Assembly (NCBI GenBank): GCA_964422145.1
Contig: CAYQZV010000004.1
Coordinates: 53,323 to 117,322 of the forward strand
Length of the DNA: 64,000 bases
From: an uncultured bacterium
Lineage (GTDB): Bacteria; Fidelibacterota; Marinisomatia; Marinisomatales; JACNKV01
Reading direction: 5' to 3'
Part shown: positions 10,618 to 19,946 of the stretch, in pieces
Position numbering within the stretch: the first letter of the stretch is position 1
Layout: each line of letters begins with the position of its first letter
The notes under the pieces: model-generated
Database searches by the model: none
Told to the model about the DNA's origin: nothing
The model's input: only the letters and a program-made list of their open reading frames with translations
Translations under genes and position numbers: made by a program

Positions 10618-10708
10618 TTTTATTTATTTTGATTATTTGTGAACCCCAAAATTGACTTTTCATCAATCAGTTTCTTGCTAGTGAAATGTGTGTTAACTTC
10701 AACCAACC

Positions 10709-10781
10709 ATATCACACCAGCCATCACCGGACCTCTGGAGCTGCAGGCAGAAGAGGTTCAGTGTGAACGGCTTTGTTAGGT
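10709..10781 (-). other. attC-like recombination site 2 (degenerate R')
   Basis: ACCTAAC-AAAGC-CGTTCAC-ACTGAACCTCT...AGAGGTCCG-GTGATGGC-TGGT-GTGATAT; imperfect palindrome with GTT changed to GTG. Confidence 0.7.
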
Positions 10782-11233
10782 AAAGTTATTTTATATAAAG
10801 ATTTGTTATGACCGACGGGTTCAACTGTTGGAGAATATTTTAACCATAACCGCAATGAAGGAATATTTGAATTGGCAATTAAAGCCGATGCCAAAGAAAA
10901 ATGCTTTGATGATGCCAATGAAAGCAGTTGAGCAAACATTTGTGAACCAAAGCCTTGATTCCAAAATGTAGAACCCAACCAATAGCCAATACTGCAGTGT
11001 GTTGGAGCTGAGGAATCCGAAACAATAGATGCAAGACCAATGCTTACATTTTGATGTAGGACAGAATAGGTAAAAGATGATTTCTTACTTATCCAATTTA
11101 TTGTTTCTTTGTGAAAAATACTTTCTGGCCCGGAAAAGGTGGAGCTTATTTGATCTTTAAGAATATTATCGGCAGCTAGTATGTGAGATAAATCAGCTGC
11201 ATGATGTTGTGAATATTCTTCAAGATTTATCAT
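10724..11233 (-). CDS. RimJ/RimL-type GNAT acetyltransferase
   Basis: IGYWLGSTFWNQGFGS and NIPSLRL. ATG 11233 is preferred over the track TTG at 11278, which lies inside the duplicated segment. Confidence 0.75.
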   Translation of the reverse strand: MINLEEYSQHHAADLSHILAADNILKDQISSTFSGPESIFHKETINWISKKSSFTYSVLHQNVSIGLASIVSDSSAPTHCSIGYWLGSTFWNQGFGSQMFAQLLSLASSKHFSLASALIANSNIPSLRLWLKYSPTVEPVGHNKSLYKITLPNKAVHTEPLLPAAPEVR

Positions 11234-11261
11234 TGTGTTATTACCTATCCGAATAAACTTA

Positions 11262-11313
11262 CCAGAGGACAACTGCAAAGATGATGGCTAAAGCAGGAAA
11301 AGTATTTTTTCAT
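11262..11313 (-). pseudogene. Frameshifted 5' fragment (~17 codons) of the EamA gene 8625..9539
   Basis: ATGAAAAAATAC, then a +1 insertion, then a PALAIIFAVVLW-like sequence versus PALAIIFAAILW in the intact gene. Confidence 0.8.
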
Positions 11314-11376
11314 GCCGGAAATTACGGAGAATCTTCTATCAAGGAATGGTTAATTATGGAGTAAACTATAGGTTGG
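11273..11376. repeat. Direct repeat copy 2 (~104 bp)
   Basis: Matches 9500..9602. Confidence 0.95.
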
Positions 11377-11455
11377 GGCTAAGCGGGTGATTCAAGCGCT
11401 CGGTAGCAATGGCGTGCGGCGGAATTGCTATTCTGAGTTGATGCGGTTGTTATGT
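11377..11455 (-). other. attC-like site 3 (left arm intact, right arm degenerate)
   Basis: ACATAAC (contains the stop codon)-AACCG-CATCAAC...TAGCAAT-N13-ATTGCTA; matching cassette start GTTATGA at 11825..11819. Confidence 0.65.
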
Positions 11456-11728
11456 ATTCGTTTCATTGTTCTTAGATATCAATACAATCCCTGTGCCAAA
11501 CAGAATGAGCACAACAGATAAAGAAAGTGGGTATTTCAACGGGATAGCAACCCCTCCATAAGATCTTCTAAGAATTGGATCATACTCTCCTCTGACGAGC
11601 ACGTTCTTCATTCGAGGTATATTGCCTATTAAGCCTCGCTTGGAGTCGTACCCAGATGAGAAGAAAATGCTTATGAATAGTAGACCAACTCCGACAAGAA
11701 TAACTATGATGCCCTTAGTTCTTTTCAT
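11450..11728 (-). CDS. Hypothetical 2-TM membrane protein (cassette)
   Basis: AAGGAG ribosome-binding site; two hydrophobic helices; stop codon inside attC R''. Confidence 0.7.
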   Translation of the reverse strand: MKRTKGIIVILVGVGLLFISIFFSSGYDSKRGLIGNIPRMKNVLVRGEYDPILRRSYGGVAIPLKYPLSLSVVLILFGTGIVLISKNNETNT

Positions 11729-11847
11729 TATTTATCTCCTTAACCTATGTATATAGCTTTGTCTATAGGTGTATTTTACACTCAAACCACGGTATAAGCA
11801 TTTGCTTGTAAGTTCTTGTCATAACGGCACACTGTGAACTCCCAAAA

Positions 11848-12243
11848 TTAATTATCCAATGAACCAACATGCTCAAATCTCAACGAGTCGGTATCAACGG
11901 AAATTATTTGATATCTAATTTCAAGATCACCGATCCAATCATTATAAATATGAATGTCAACGATATCATCGGTTAATTCCCAGGTTCCTTCGTTATTTTC
12001 GTATGATACCGGAGGTGTCCCGCAAGGACCTGAAATCATTCTCACAATCGCATCCCCGGTCTCACTGAAATGAAATCCCGGTTTATCAAAGCTGAAATTT
12101 TCGGATTTATAATATACATTTATACCATAATCATCGTGGTCATAAACCCATGTTCCTTGAATAAGTTCACTCGTGTCATTTTCGGGTAGTGTAGAATCAT
12201 CACAACCCATAAATAAAACCAATAATAAAATGAATAGTCTCAT
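11848..12243 (-). CDS. Hypothetical lipoprotein (lipocalin-like beta fold possible)
   Basis: Lipobox FMGC; LIQGTW and GTWEL motifs. Confidence 0.7.
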   Translation of the reverse strand: MRLFILLLVLFMGCDDSTLPENDTSELIQGTWVYDHDDYGINVYYKSENFSFDKPGFHFSETGDAIVRMISGPCGTPPVSYENNEGTWELTDDIVDIHIYNDWIGDLEIRYQIISVDTDSLRFEHVGSLDN

Positions 12244-12249
12244 TTGACT

Positions 12250-12314
12250 GCCTAATTCTGTATAAACGATTTATCTTCAGTACTCGTACTGAACCGTTTA
12301 TACTTATTTTAGTA
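12250..12314 (-). other. attC-like site 4 (degenerate cores)
   Basis: Palindrome GTATAAACG-G-TTCAGTAC-GA-GTACTGAA...CGTTTATAC flanked by TACTAAA and ATTAGGC; next ATG follows 6 nt later. Confidence 0.5.
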
Positions 12315-12409
12315 TTAACGGTGGTTATACCTATAATTCTCAATAAACCAGCCAGCAGAAGTTTACACCCAACTCGGGTTTGGTACAAGGATTTTAACAG
12401 ATAACTGTT

Positions 12410-13024
12410 TTAGTTTTCTGAAAGATATTTCCGAACGACAATCGTATCTTCATCCTCTTTATATTGAGTAAATCCATGATTTAAGTAAAGAGATAACGGT
12501 CCGAAATGATGCTCTTTTTCACATTTTGCATCTTTCAGAGGATAACCTTCAATAATTTGAAATCCTTCTTGTTGTAATCCCATACACGCTTCGATGAGCA
12601 GTCTTTTTGCAATGCCTTTACGACGATACTTTTTCTGTATTACGAAACAGACAATTGAGCCTGTTTTTTCTTCATCCGGTTCAATATATTCCGGTAGAGT
12701 AGTCATTTCTTTTCTCGGACCGGCGTTGCACCATCCAACCGCATTTCCTTCAACATAGGCTAAATAACCATTCATTTTGCCTTTATTAATTAATTGGCAG
12801 ACACTCGCTCTGTTTTCTTCTCCTTTTTGGTGTTTCCAAACTTTATAGTCATGAGGAAATTGATTAAAATAGCAATAACAGAATGACCAATCAGGGTTAT
12901 CGCTAAATGCTGTGTTGTCGAAAAATGACAGAAAATCATTTATTATCGCCGGTGTTAATCGTTTAATGACTATTTCCATAGATTTCCAGTTGTCCTTCCC
13001 CGCTGCCTTTTTTACATGAATCAT
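12410..13024 (-). CDS. GNAT-family acetyltransferase
   Basis: CYCY, VGWCNAGP, IVCFVI..KYRRKGIA, IEGYP, LY..HGF; true start may be ATG 12979. Confidence 0.85.
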   Translation of the reverse strand: MIHVKKAAGKDNWKSMEIVIKRLTPAIINDFLSFFDNTAFSDNPDWSFCYCYFNQFPHDYKVWKHQKGEENRASVCQLINKGKMNGYLAYVEGNAVGWCNAGPRKEMTTLPEYIEPDEEKTGSIVCFVIQKKYRRKGIAKRLLIEACMGLQQEGFQIIEGYPLKDAKCEKEHHFGPLSLYLNHGFTQYKEDEDTIVVRKYLSEN

Positions 13025-14803
13025 TTACCAGAGAATCTGCGCCCCGATTTTTAATGTACGCGGGGTTACAATCGATTCTGAAATGATTGCCGTTAATCTA
13101 AACCTCTCTTTGTACCGAATTGAAAATCCCGCATTGAAACAGAATTGATTTGTGAAACGATGATCCCCGGGTAAGATATGTCCGTCAACATAGGCAGAAT
13201 CACTTTCAACGGTAACACTCCCGTCCACGCTGGTCGTTGTTGAATCCTGATATACAACAAGATCATATCGTTCCTCAAGATCAAGCTGCTGGAGTTCTTT
13301 GGTCAGCCCGAATTGAAATTCAAAATTCTCATGCAGCCTGACAAAGGCTCCTACAGGGATGGCAAGTGTTGTTTGTGTTTTTTGATAATCCCACACATAT
13401 TTTTTGTCGTCCAAACTATGTGTAATCTTGTCATCAAAGTTTGCCCAACTCACGTTTTCGTAATGCGTTTCTGCATATTTTTCTCCGACAAAAGGTTCTT
13501 CGGCTGTTTGTTGTTCATTTTTATATTCAAGGACAAACCCACCCAAGAACCGTACCGCGGAACTAATCTTCCAGTCCGCCCCCAGACTGAATCGGTGTGA
13601 AGCTTTTGTTATGTTTCCCCTTCCGATTCGATCTAAGACTGCCCATGATTCAGATTCATAGGTCCGGTCGGAATAGTGATAGTAGTAACTCCGGCTTTTA
13701 GTATATTGTTCTGAGCCTGTATAATCTGCTTCTACTTGTTCAGAATGAATCGAAAACCGCAGGGTAAGATCATTAAACAGTGTAAAGTCCCCGTGGGTTG
13801 TTATCCAAGCAGAATGTCCGTCATAATTCCATTCTTTTTCATTATCGGTTTGAGAACTGCTGAGATAAACAGAGGAATCCGGTGCATCATAATAATAAAC
13901 GGTTCGATACCGTGAAGAATCATTTACGGAATATGAGCGGTCAATCGATCCCGGAACATATCCTGCCGCCATCCCAAATGATGCAGATTTATGCGGAGAC
14001 CAAACCAGTCCGGCACGAAACTCTTTTTGCTGGAAATCCTGAGTTCGGCTTCGTTTATTGTCGGAAAATCTGAGGTAGTCGTCCGTATAGTCACTATCAT
14101 CTCTAAAATCATAATTAGTGTAATCGCCTTCCGTCACTTCACCATGAATGGTTGCTCCCACCCCAAGTGTAAATCCCGGAAAAACAGGGAAAGCCAAAAA
14201 CCCATTGAATCTGACTCCCATATTTGTATCTGTATTTTCATTGGATTCAACAATCGTATAGTCTTCATACGGATCGATCATTTCATCATCATAGGCGTCC
14301 CCGGCAGCATCTTCATACCAACCGCCCCAATACCAGTACGGACGATAGAATTCCTCTTCATTGTAATATACTTCTCCAGATAAACCAAATCGAAGCGGCA
14401 GAGCAGGGGTTTTGCCAAAAGAAACAATCCGAAATATCGGGTCTTTTTCCTTTGATGGTTCTAATACGTTATAAGGAGACCAATAATAGGGATCCCCGTA
14501 TCCATACACAGGATAAGTGTAATTTGGTGATTGGTATTCATCCCCGGCCAAATCCATATAGATGAAATGATCCGTTTCAGATCCCAAATAAGCCGGATTC
14601 TGAAAAACATCATCCAGCGGACTTTGATAAATGCCAACGAAATGCCTGCCTAAACCAAGCATCCCGACAGAATGAATGCGGGTTGGGGTCAGGAAATCAT
14701 CCCTAAGTTTAAAATCTGTGGCTAAAATCGTGTAATCCGGATACCACCCGAAAAGCGTTGACACACTTACCGTAAATAGAAAAATGAGTGAATATTTTTT
14801 CAT
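13025..14803 (-). CDS. Exported probable outer-membrane beta-barrel protein (FadL/PorV-like N-terminus)
   Basis: Signal peptide; GMLGLG...VFQNPAYL; alternating amphipathic strands; C-terminal Trp. Confidence 0.55.
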   Translation of the reverse strand: MKKYSLIFLFTVSVSTLFGWYPDYTILATDFKLRDDFLTPTRIHSVGMLGLGRHFVGIYQSPLDDVFQNPAYLGSETDHFIYMDLAGDEYQSPNYTYPVYGYGDPYYWSPYNVLEPSKEKDPIFRIVSFGKTPALPLRFGLSGEVYYNEEEFYRPYWYWGGWYEDAAGDAYDDEMIDPYEDYTIVESNENTDTNMGVRFNGFLAFPVFPGFTLGVGATIHGEVTEGDYTNYDFRDDSDYTDDYLRFSDNKRSRTQDFQQKEFRAGLVWSPHKSASFGMAAGYVPGSIDRSYSVNDSSRYRTVYYYDAPDSSVYLSSSQTDNEKEWNYDGHSAWITTHGDFTLFNDLTLRFSIHSEQVEADYTGSEQYTKSRSYYYHYSDRTYESESWAVLDRIGRGNITKASHRFSLGADWKISSAVRFLGGFVLEYKNEQQTAEEPFVGEKYAETHYENVSWANFDDKITHSLDDKKYVWDYQKTQTTLAIPVGAFVRLHENFEFQFGLTKELQQLDLEERYDLVVYQDSTTTSVDGSVTVESDSAYVDGHILPGDHRFTNQFCFNAGFSIRYKERFRLTAIISESIVTPRTLKIGAQILW

Positions 14804-14844
14804 ATTCTCCCCCCTTACTTATTTCAATTAAAATGAAAAATGAG

Positions 14845-15402
14845 TTATGCCTGGCCGCCATGCCCGGAGATCTGCGCAAAATCCGTATCGAACTGACGGG
14901 CTGCCTGATCCCACACTTTTTGATCATCCATATGAAAAATAAATTCAGGATTCGAATCCAACATCAGCCAATCCCCGTTTTTAATTTCCCGCTCCAGCTG
15001 CCCTTTTCCCCACCCGGCATGTCCCAGCATGAGTTTATAGTGAGTCGGTCCTATCTCTTTGTGGATCTTTTTCAGGATATTTTTTTGACTGGTCAGTGAA
15101 AAAAGGTCGGAAATTTTCATCGTCCCTTCAGATGTATACTCCGAAGAATGTAGCACAATTCCCCGTTCGATCATGACCGGTCCGCCAAAATAGATAGTCG
15201 GTACAATATCAAGTATTTTATCATTCTCCTCATAGATCTCAGAGATCAGTCCTCGGAGCCCCGGTTCTTCAAACGGTCGATTCACGATCAGTCCCATTGC
15301 GCCCTCTTCCGTATGATCGCAAATGAGGACAACCGACTTAGCAAAATACGGATCCAGCAAATGCGGCATGGCAACGATCAACTTATTTTTCAGTGAACTC
15401 AT
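14845..15402 (-). CDS. YqgE/AlgH-family protein
   Basis: AMPHLLDPYFAKSVVLIC, GAMGLIVNRP, GGPV, GHAGWGKGQLERE. Confidence 0.93.
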   Translation of the reverse strand: MSSLKNKLIVAMPHLLDPYFAKSVVLICDHTEEGAMGLIVNRPFEEPGLRGLISEIYEENDKILDIVPTIYFGGPVMIERGIVLHSSEYTSEGTMKISDLFSLTSQKNILKKIHKEIGPTHYKLMLGHAGWGKGQLEREIKNGDWLMLDSNPEFIFHMDDQKVWDQAARQFDTDFAQISGHGGQA

Positions 15403-15572
15403 GCAGAAAACTACATTAAATCCCGGTATATGAACAATGGATTTGAGCCGATATTCTTGGAAAGGATACCTTCCGAAAAAATCTTGAAAAAAGTGTAAAT
15501 CGTTTTTTGAACGGGTTTAAAAATAGAGGTAAATTAGTCGTTCGTGATGAAGCGAAGAGAGAAATCAATCTG

Positions 15573-18425
15573 ATGTCGAAAAAAGTGAAAACATCCAATG
15601 CCAGCCCCGCAAAGCACATTTGCATTCGCGGTGCTCGTCAGCATAACCTGAAAAATATCGATCTGGATATTCCGCGGGATCAGCTGGTCGTCGTCACCGG
15701 ACTCTCCGGATCAGGAAAATCATCTTTGGCCTTTGACACCATCTACGCGGAAGGTCAGCGGCGGTACGTTGAATCCTTATCATCCTATGCACGGCAATTC
15801 CTCGGACTGATGGAAAAACCGGATATGGATTATATCGAAGGACTTTCTCCTGCGATTTCCATTGAACAAAAATCCACGGCAAGAAATCCGCGTTCTACCG
15901 TCGGAACCGTGACCGAGATCCATGATTATTTGAGACTTCTCTATGCTCACGTTGGAAGACCCCATTGCTGGATCTGCGGACGTCCAATCCAAAAACAGAC
16001 GGTTCAGCAGATTGTAGACACGGTGAAACGGTTCGGTGCCGGATCACGGATTTACATCCTTGCTCCTGTAGTTCGCGGTAGAAAAGGTGAGCATAAAGGC
16101 GTGTTTGACGAGATCAAAAAAGAAGGGTTCCTTCGTGCGCGCGTTGACGGCGAAATCCTTTCAGTTCACAATAAGATCAGCTTGAAAAAAAATATCAAAC
16201 ACACCATCGAAGTTGTGATTGACCGTTTGGTTTTAGAGGGCGATTTTCAGGATCGGCTCACCGAGTCGGTGGAATTGGCTCTAAAAATTGGTTCGGGATT
16301 GATCTTCGTCCACGAATTACCGAACAAAGATCATTTATTCAGCGAACATTTTGCCTGCCCGCATTGCGAAGTGTCAATGGAAGAACTCTCTCCGCGGATG
16401 TTCTCGTTTAACTCTCCCTACGGTGCCTGTAAAAAATGCGACGGTCTTGGCTCACACATGGAAGTCGATCCTGAGCTGGTGGTTCCGGATAAGATGAAAT
16501 CGTTAATTCAAGGTGCGATCGCTCCATTAGGTGAGCAGCCTCGCGGAAACTGGTACGGTAATATTTTAAAAAGCATGTCAAGACATTACGGATTTGCCTT
16601 TTCAACCCCGTGGGTCAAACTCGATCCGAGAATTCGTGAAGTGCTTCTCTTTGGAACCGGAAAAGACAAACTGACCATGTCCTATCATTCTGATCGATGG
16701 TCAGGAACATACACCGGCGGGTGGGAAGGGACGATCCACAATTTAACGCGACGATACAAACAGACGAAATCATCCGGCGTGCGTGCGTGGATTGAACAGT
16801 ACATGAGCATGCGTCCCTGCTCAGATTGCCAAGGCACCCGCTTAAGACCAGAAAGTACTGCCGTGACGATCGGTGATAAAAGTTTAGGCGATGTCTCTAA
16901 ATTGTCGATCAAAGATTTACTCACATTTTTCAGTACACTCAACCTCACAAAAACCGAAACCGCCATCGCCGAACAAATTTTAAAAGAAGTGATTGAACGG
17001 CTTAATTTTTTAGCCAATGTCGGACTCGAATATCTCACGCTGGACCGCTCAGCCGCGACGCTCTCCGGCGGGGAAGCTCAGCGCATCCGTCTGGCAACTC
17101 AGATCGGTTCTCAACTCATGGGTGTTCTGTACATTTTAGATGAACCGTCCATTGGGCTGCATCCCAGGGACAACACCCGTTTGTTGAATACGTTAAAACA
17201 TTTGCGGGATCTCGGAAATTCTATTCTCGTCGTTGAACACGACCGCGAAACGATGGAAGAAGCCGACCATATCATCGATCTCGGCCCGGGTGCAGGTGAG
17301 CACGGCGGTGAAGTCGTCTATTCTGGTGTCCCTGAAAAAATTACCGAACACGCCAAATCAGTTACCGGAAAATATCTGTCCGGGAAGCGTACGATCAAAC
17401 ATCCGGTGTCGCGGCGAAAAGGGTATCAAAAATCCCTGGTATTAAAAGGGGCAAAAGGAAATAACCTGAAAGAGATTGACATTCACATCCCGCTCGGCAC
17501 CTTTACGCTGGTGACCGGTGTATCGGGCAGCGGAAAAAGTACGCTGATCAACGAAACGCTGTATCCGATCCTTGCCCGTGACCTTCACAGAGCGAGAGCC
17601 TACCCGCTGCATTATAAAACGATTAAAGGCATTGAGCATTTGGATAAGGTGGTCGAGATTGATCAAAAGCCCATCGGAAGAACGCCCCGATCGAATCCAG
17701 CAACGTATACCGGTGTTTTTACTCACATTCGTGATCTGTTCTCGCAGTTGCCGGAATCTAAACTTCGGGGCTATAAACCCGGACGATTCTCCTTTAACGT
17801 AAAAGGCGGGCGATGCGAAGCCTGCAGCGGTGACGGGATCATCAAGATTGAAATGAACTTCCTCCCGGATGTGTATGTTACCTGTGAAGTCTGTAAAGGC
17901 GGGCGGTATAACCGTGAAACCCTGGAAGTTAAATACAAAGGTAAAACCATCACGGACGTGCTGAACATGTCCGTGGAAGAAGCGCTGGACTTCTTTAAAA
18001 ATATTCCGTCGATTTGGAAAAAACTCACCACACTGAATGAAGTCGGTCTCGGATACATCCGGCTCGGACAGCAAGCCACGACGCTTTCCGGTGGAGAAGC
18101 TCAGCGGGTGAAACTGGCGTCGGAACTCTCACGGCAGAGCAATGACCGTACACTCTACATTTTAGACGAACCCACAACCGGACTGCATTTTGAGGACGTC
18201 CGAATGCTGCTGAGCGTATTACAGCGGTTGGTAGAAAAAGGAAATACTGTCATTGTGATCGAACATAATCTTGATGTCATTAAAACGGCAGACTGGATTG
18301 TTGACTTAGGTCCTGAAGGCGGTGACGACGGCGGACAAGTTTTGTTTGAAGGCACGCCGGAAGAGATTGTTAAACACCCGACGTCTTATACCGGTCAATT
18401 CTTACGCCCCCTGCTGAAAAAATAA
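15573..18425 (+). CDS. uvrA: Excinuclease ABC subunit A
   Basis: GARQHNLKN, two Walker A motifs Gx[14 protein letters not shown] twice, zinc fingers. ATG 15573 preferred over TTG 15507. Confidence 0.99.
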   Translation: MSKKVKTSNASPAKHICIRGARQHNLKNIDLDIPRDQLVVVTGLSGSGKSSLAFDTIYAEGQRRYVESLSSYARQFLGLMEKPDMDYIEGLSPAISIEQKSTARNPRSTVGTVTEIHDYLRLLYAHVGRPHCWICGRPIQKQTVQQIVDTVKRFGAGSRIYILAPVVRGRKGEHKGVFDEIKKEGFLRARVDGEILSVHNKISLKKNIKHTIEVVIDRLVLEGDFQDRLTESVELALKIGSGLIFVHELPNKDHLFSEHFACPHCEVSMEELSPRMFSFNSPYGACKKCDGLGSHMEVDPELVVPDKMKSLIQGAIAPLGEQPRGNWYGNILKSMSRHYGFAFSTPWVKLDPRIREVLLFGTGKDKLTMSYHSDRWSGTYTGGWEGTIHNLTRRYKQTKSSGVRAWIEQYMSMRPCSDCQGTRLRPESTAVTIGDKSLGDVSKLSIKDLLTFFSTLNLTKTETAIAEQILKEVIERLNFLANVGLEYLTLDRSAATLSGGEAQRIRLATQIGSQLMGVLYILDEPSIGLHPRDNTRLLNTLKHLRDLGNSILVVEHDRETMEEADHIIDLGPGAGEHGGEVVYSGVPEKITEHAKSVTGKYLSGKRTIKHPVSRRKGYQKSLVLKGAKGNNLKEIDIHIPLGTFTLVTGVSGSGKSTLINETLYPILARDLHRARAYPLHYKTIKGIEHLDKVVEIDQKPIGRTPRSNPATYTGVFTHIRDLFSQLPESKLRGYKPGRFSFNVKGGRCEACSGDGIIKIEMNFLPDVYVTCEVCKGGRYNRETLEVKYKGKTITDVLNMSVEEALDFFKNIPSIWKKLTTLNEVGLGYIRLGQQATTLSGGEAQRVKLASELSRQSNDRTLYILDEPTTGLHFEDVRMLLSVLQRLVEKGNTVIVIEHNLDVIKTADWIVDLGPEGGDDGGQVLFEGTPEEIVKHPTSYTGQFLRPLLKK

Positions 18426-18610
18426 ATTATTTCTTACTGCGGTTACCCAAAATTTCTTGTTTTTATTTTCTTTTTAAAAGGCTTCGTTCGGATAGAAATA
18501 ACTCCCTAATTTCTTAGATCAACGCCGTGGAAAATATTTTTATTTTGTTCATGAAACAGAGGAATGTTTCCGGTGTTTTTTAACAAAAACTATTGTTAAA
18601 AGGTGTTTTT

Positions 18611-19801
18611 ATGAGAATAAGTCTGCTCGGACGGTCTGTCGGCGAATCAACCACGCTGAAAATCGACGCCAAAGCCAAAGCCCTAAAGGCTGAGGGCAAG
18701 AATGTCATCTCCTATGCGGCGGGTGAACCAGACTTTTCAACCCCTGGGCACATCGTCGAGGCGGCGGTAATCGCGGCTCGTGATCCCAAGAATCACCGCT
18801 ATACACCGGCTGCGGGTTTGCCCGAGCTAAAAGAGGCGATCGTTACCAAAACCAAGCAGGATTCCGGCACCGAAGTCACTCCCGCCCAAGTGGTTGTAAC
18901 AAACGGAGGCAAGCAGGCCGTCTACCAAGCATTTTCGATTTTACTGGACCCGCAAGATGAGGTCTTGGTTCCTACTCCCTACTGGACAACCTATCCTAAG
19001 GCAATCAAGTTGGCCGGCGGCAAACAGGTCGATGTTTTTGCCGGGAGCGATCAAGACTACAAAGTTACGGTGGAGCAGCTTGAAGCGGCCTATACCCCAA
19101 AGACAAAAGCACTGCTGCTGTGTTCCCCGTCCAACCCAACCGGTGCGGTCTACACCCAAGAAGAGCTCACTGCTATCGGCAACTGGGTTGCATCGAAAGA
19201 AAATCTTTGGGTGGTATCCGATGAGATTTACCAGAACCTTACCTACGACGGCATCATTGCGCACTCAATCACCGAATTGGTACCTGATCTTGCCGATCGA
19301 ACCATCATGGTCAACGGCGTTGCCAAGATCTATGCAATGACGGGATGGAGACTCGGCTGGATGGTGGCTCCGTTGGATGCTGCAAAAGCCGCCTCCAATC
19401 TGCAATCACATTTGACCTCTAATGTTTCAAACATTTCACAACGCGCTGCAATCGCAGCCTTAACCGGTGACCAACGTCCTTTTCAAGATATGCTTGCTGC
19501 ATTTGATCGCCGCCGCAAAGTGGCAGTTGCGGAAATGAATAAGATATCCGGTGTGGTTACCCCAACCCCAAAGGGCGCTTTCTACATTTACAGTGATGTT
19601 TCCGGCCTTCTTGGAAAGAGCTGGGGAGACAAGAAAATCAATAACTCGCTAGAGCTGTGTGACTATGCGCTTGATGCTGCCGAGGTTGCCATGGTTCCCG
19701 GTGAGGCCTTTGGCCCTAGCGGCTACGTCCGTCTGAGCTATGCCCTCGGGGATGATCAACTGGTTGAAGGAATTCAAAGGTTACAAAAACTCTTCAGTTA
19801 A
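18611..19801 (+). CDS. PLP-dependent class I/II aminotransferase (aspartate aminotransferase subgroup Ib)
   Basis: GEPDF, SPSNPTG, SDEIY, NGVAKIYAMTGWRLGW, VRLSYA; ATG 18611 follows AGGTG. Confidence 0.93.
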   Translation: MRISLLGRSVGESTTLKIDAKAKALKAEGKNVISYAAGEPDFSTPGHIVEAAVIAARDPKNHRYTPAAGLPELKEAIVTKTKQDSGTEVTPAQVVVTNGGKQAVYQAFSILLDPQDEVLVPTPYWTTYPKAIKLAGGKQVDVFAGSDQDYKVTVEQLEAAYTPKTKALLLCSPSNPTGAVYTQEELTAIGNWVASKENLWVVSDEIYQNLTYDGIIAHSITELVPDLADRTIMVNGVAKIYAMTGWRLGWMVAPLDAAKAASNLQSHLTSNVSNISQRAAIAALTGDQRPFQDMLAAFDRRRKVAVAEMNKISGVVTPTPKGAFYIYSDVSGLLGKSWGDKKINNSLELCDYALDAAEVAMVPGEAFGPSGYVRLSYALGDDQLVEGIQRLQKLFS

Positions 19802-19900
19802 ACCTTCACTTCCGTGCGATGTTACGATATTCAATGAAACGGACTTGTTCCAATAAATTATTCAAATAATTATTCATGATTATTTGATCTTCTGTAAAAG

Positions 19901-19928
19901 AAAAGCCCCGGGAAACCGGGGCTTTTTT
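19901..19928. terminator. Bidirectional intrinsic terminator
   Basis: AAAAGCCCCGG-GAAA-CCGGGGCTTTTTT between convergent genes. Confidence 0.9.
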
Positions 19929-19946
19929 CAGCATTGTGAGTGTGGA

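Larger units (their letters stand above)
9603..12314 (-). mobile_element. Decayed integron gene-cassette cluster without integrase (CALIN-like)
   Basis: Four attC-like sites separating short, co-oriented, AT-rich genes; no intI in window. May extend to the GNAT at 12410..13024. Confidence 0.65.

Noticed and set aside
12200-12388. 62-aa ORF in the cassette region
   Set aside because: Spans attC-like site 4 and overlaps the lipoprotein start out of frame; no motif or ribosome-binding site.
15464-15474. GGA-N5-TCC (Bacteroidota LexA-box-like) upstream of uvrA
   Set aside because: Only 6 informative bases and no counterpart seen upstream of ruvB; indistinguishable from chance.
17442-18079. Antisense ORFs of 210 and 102 aa within uvrA
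   Set aside because: Shadow frames of a conserved gene with no recognisable motifs.
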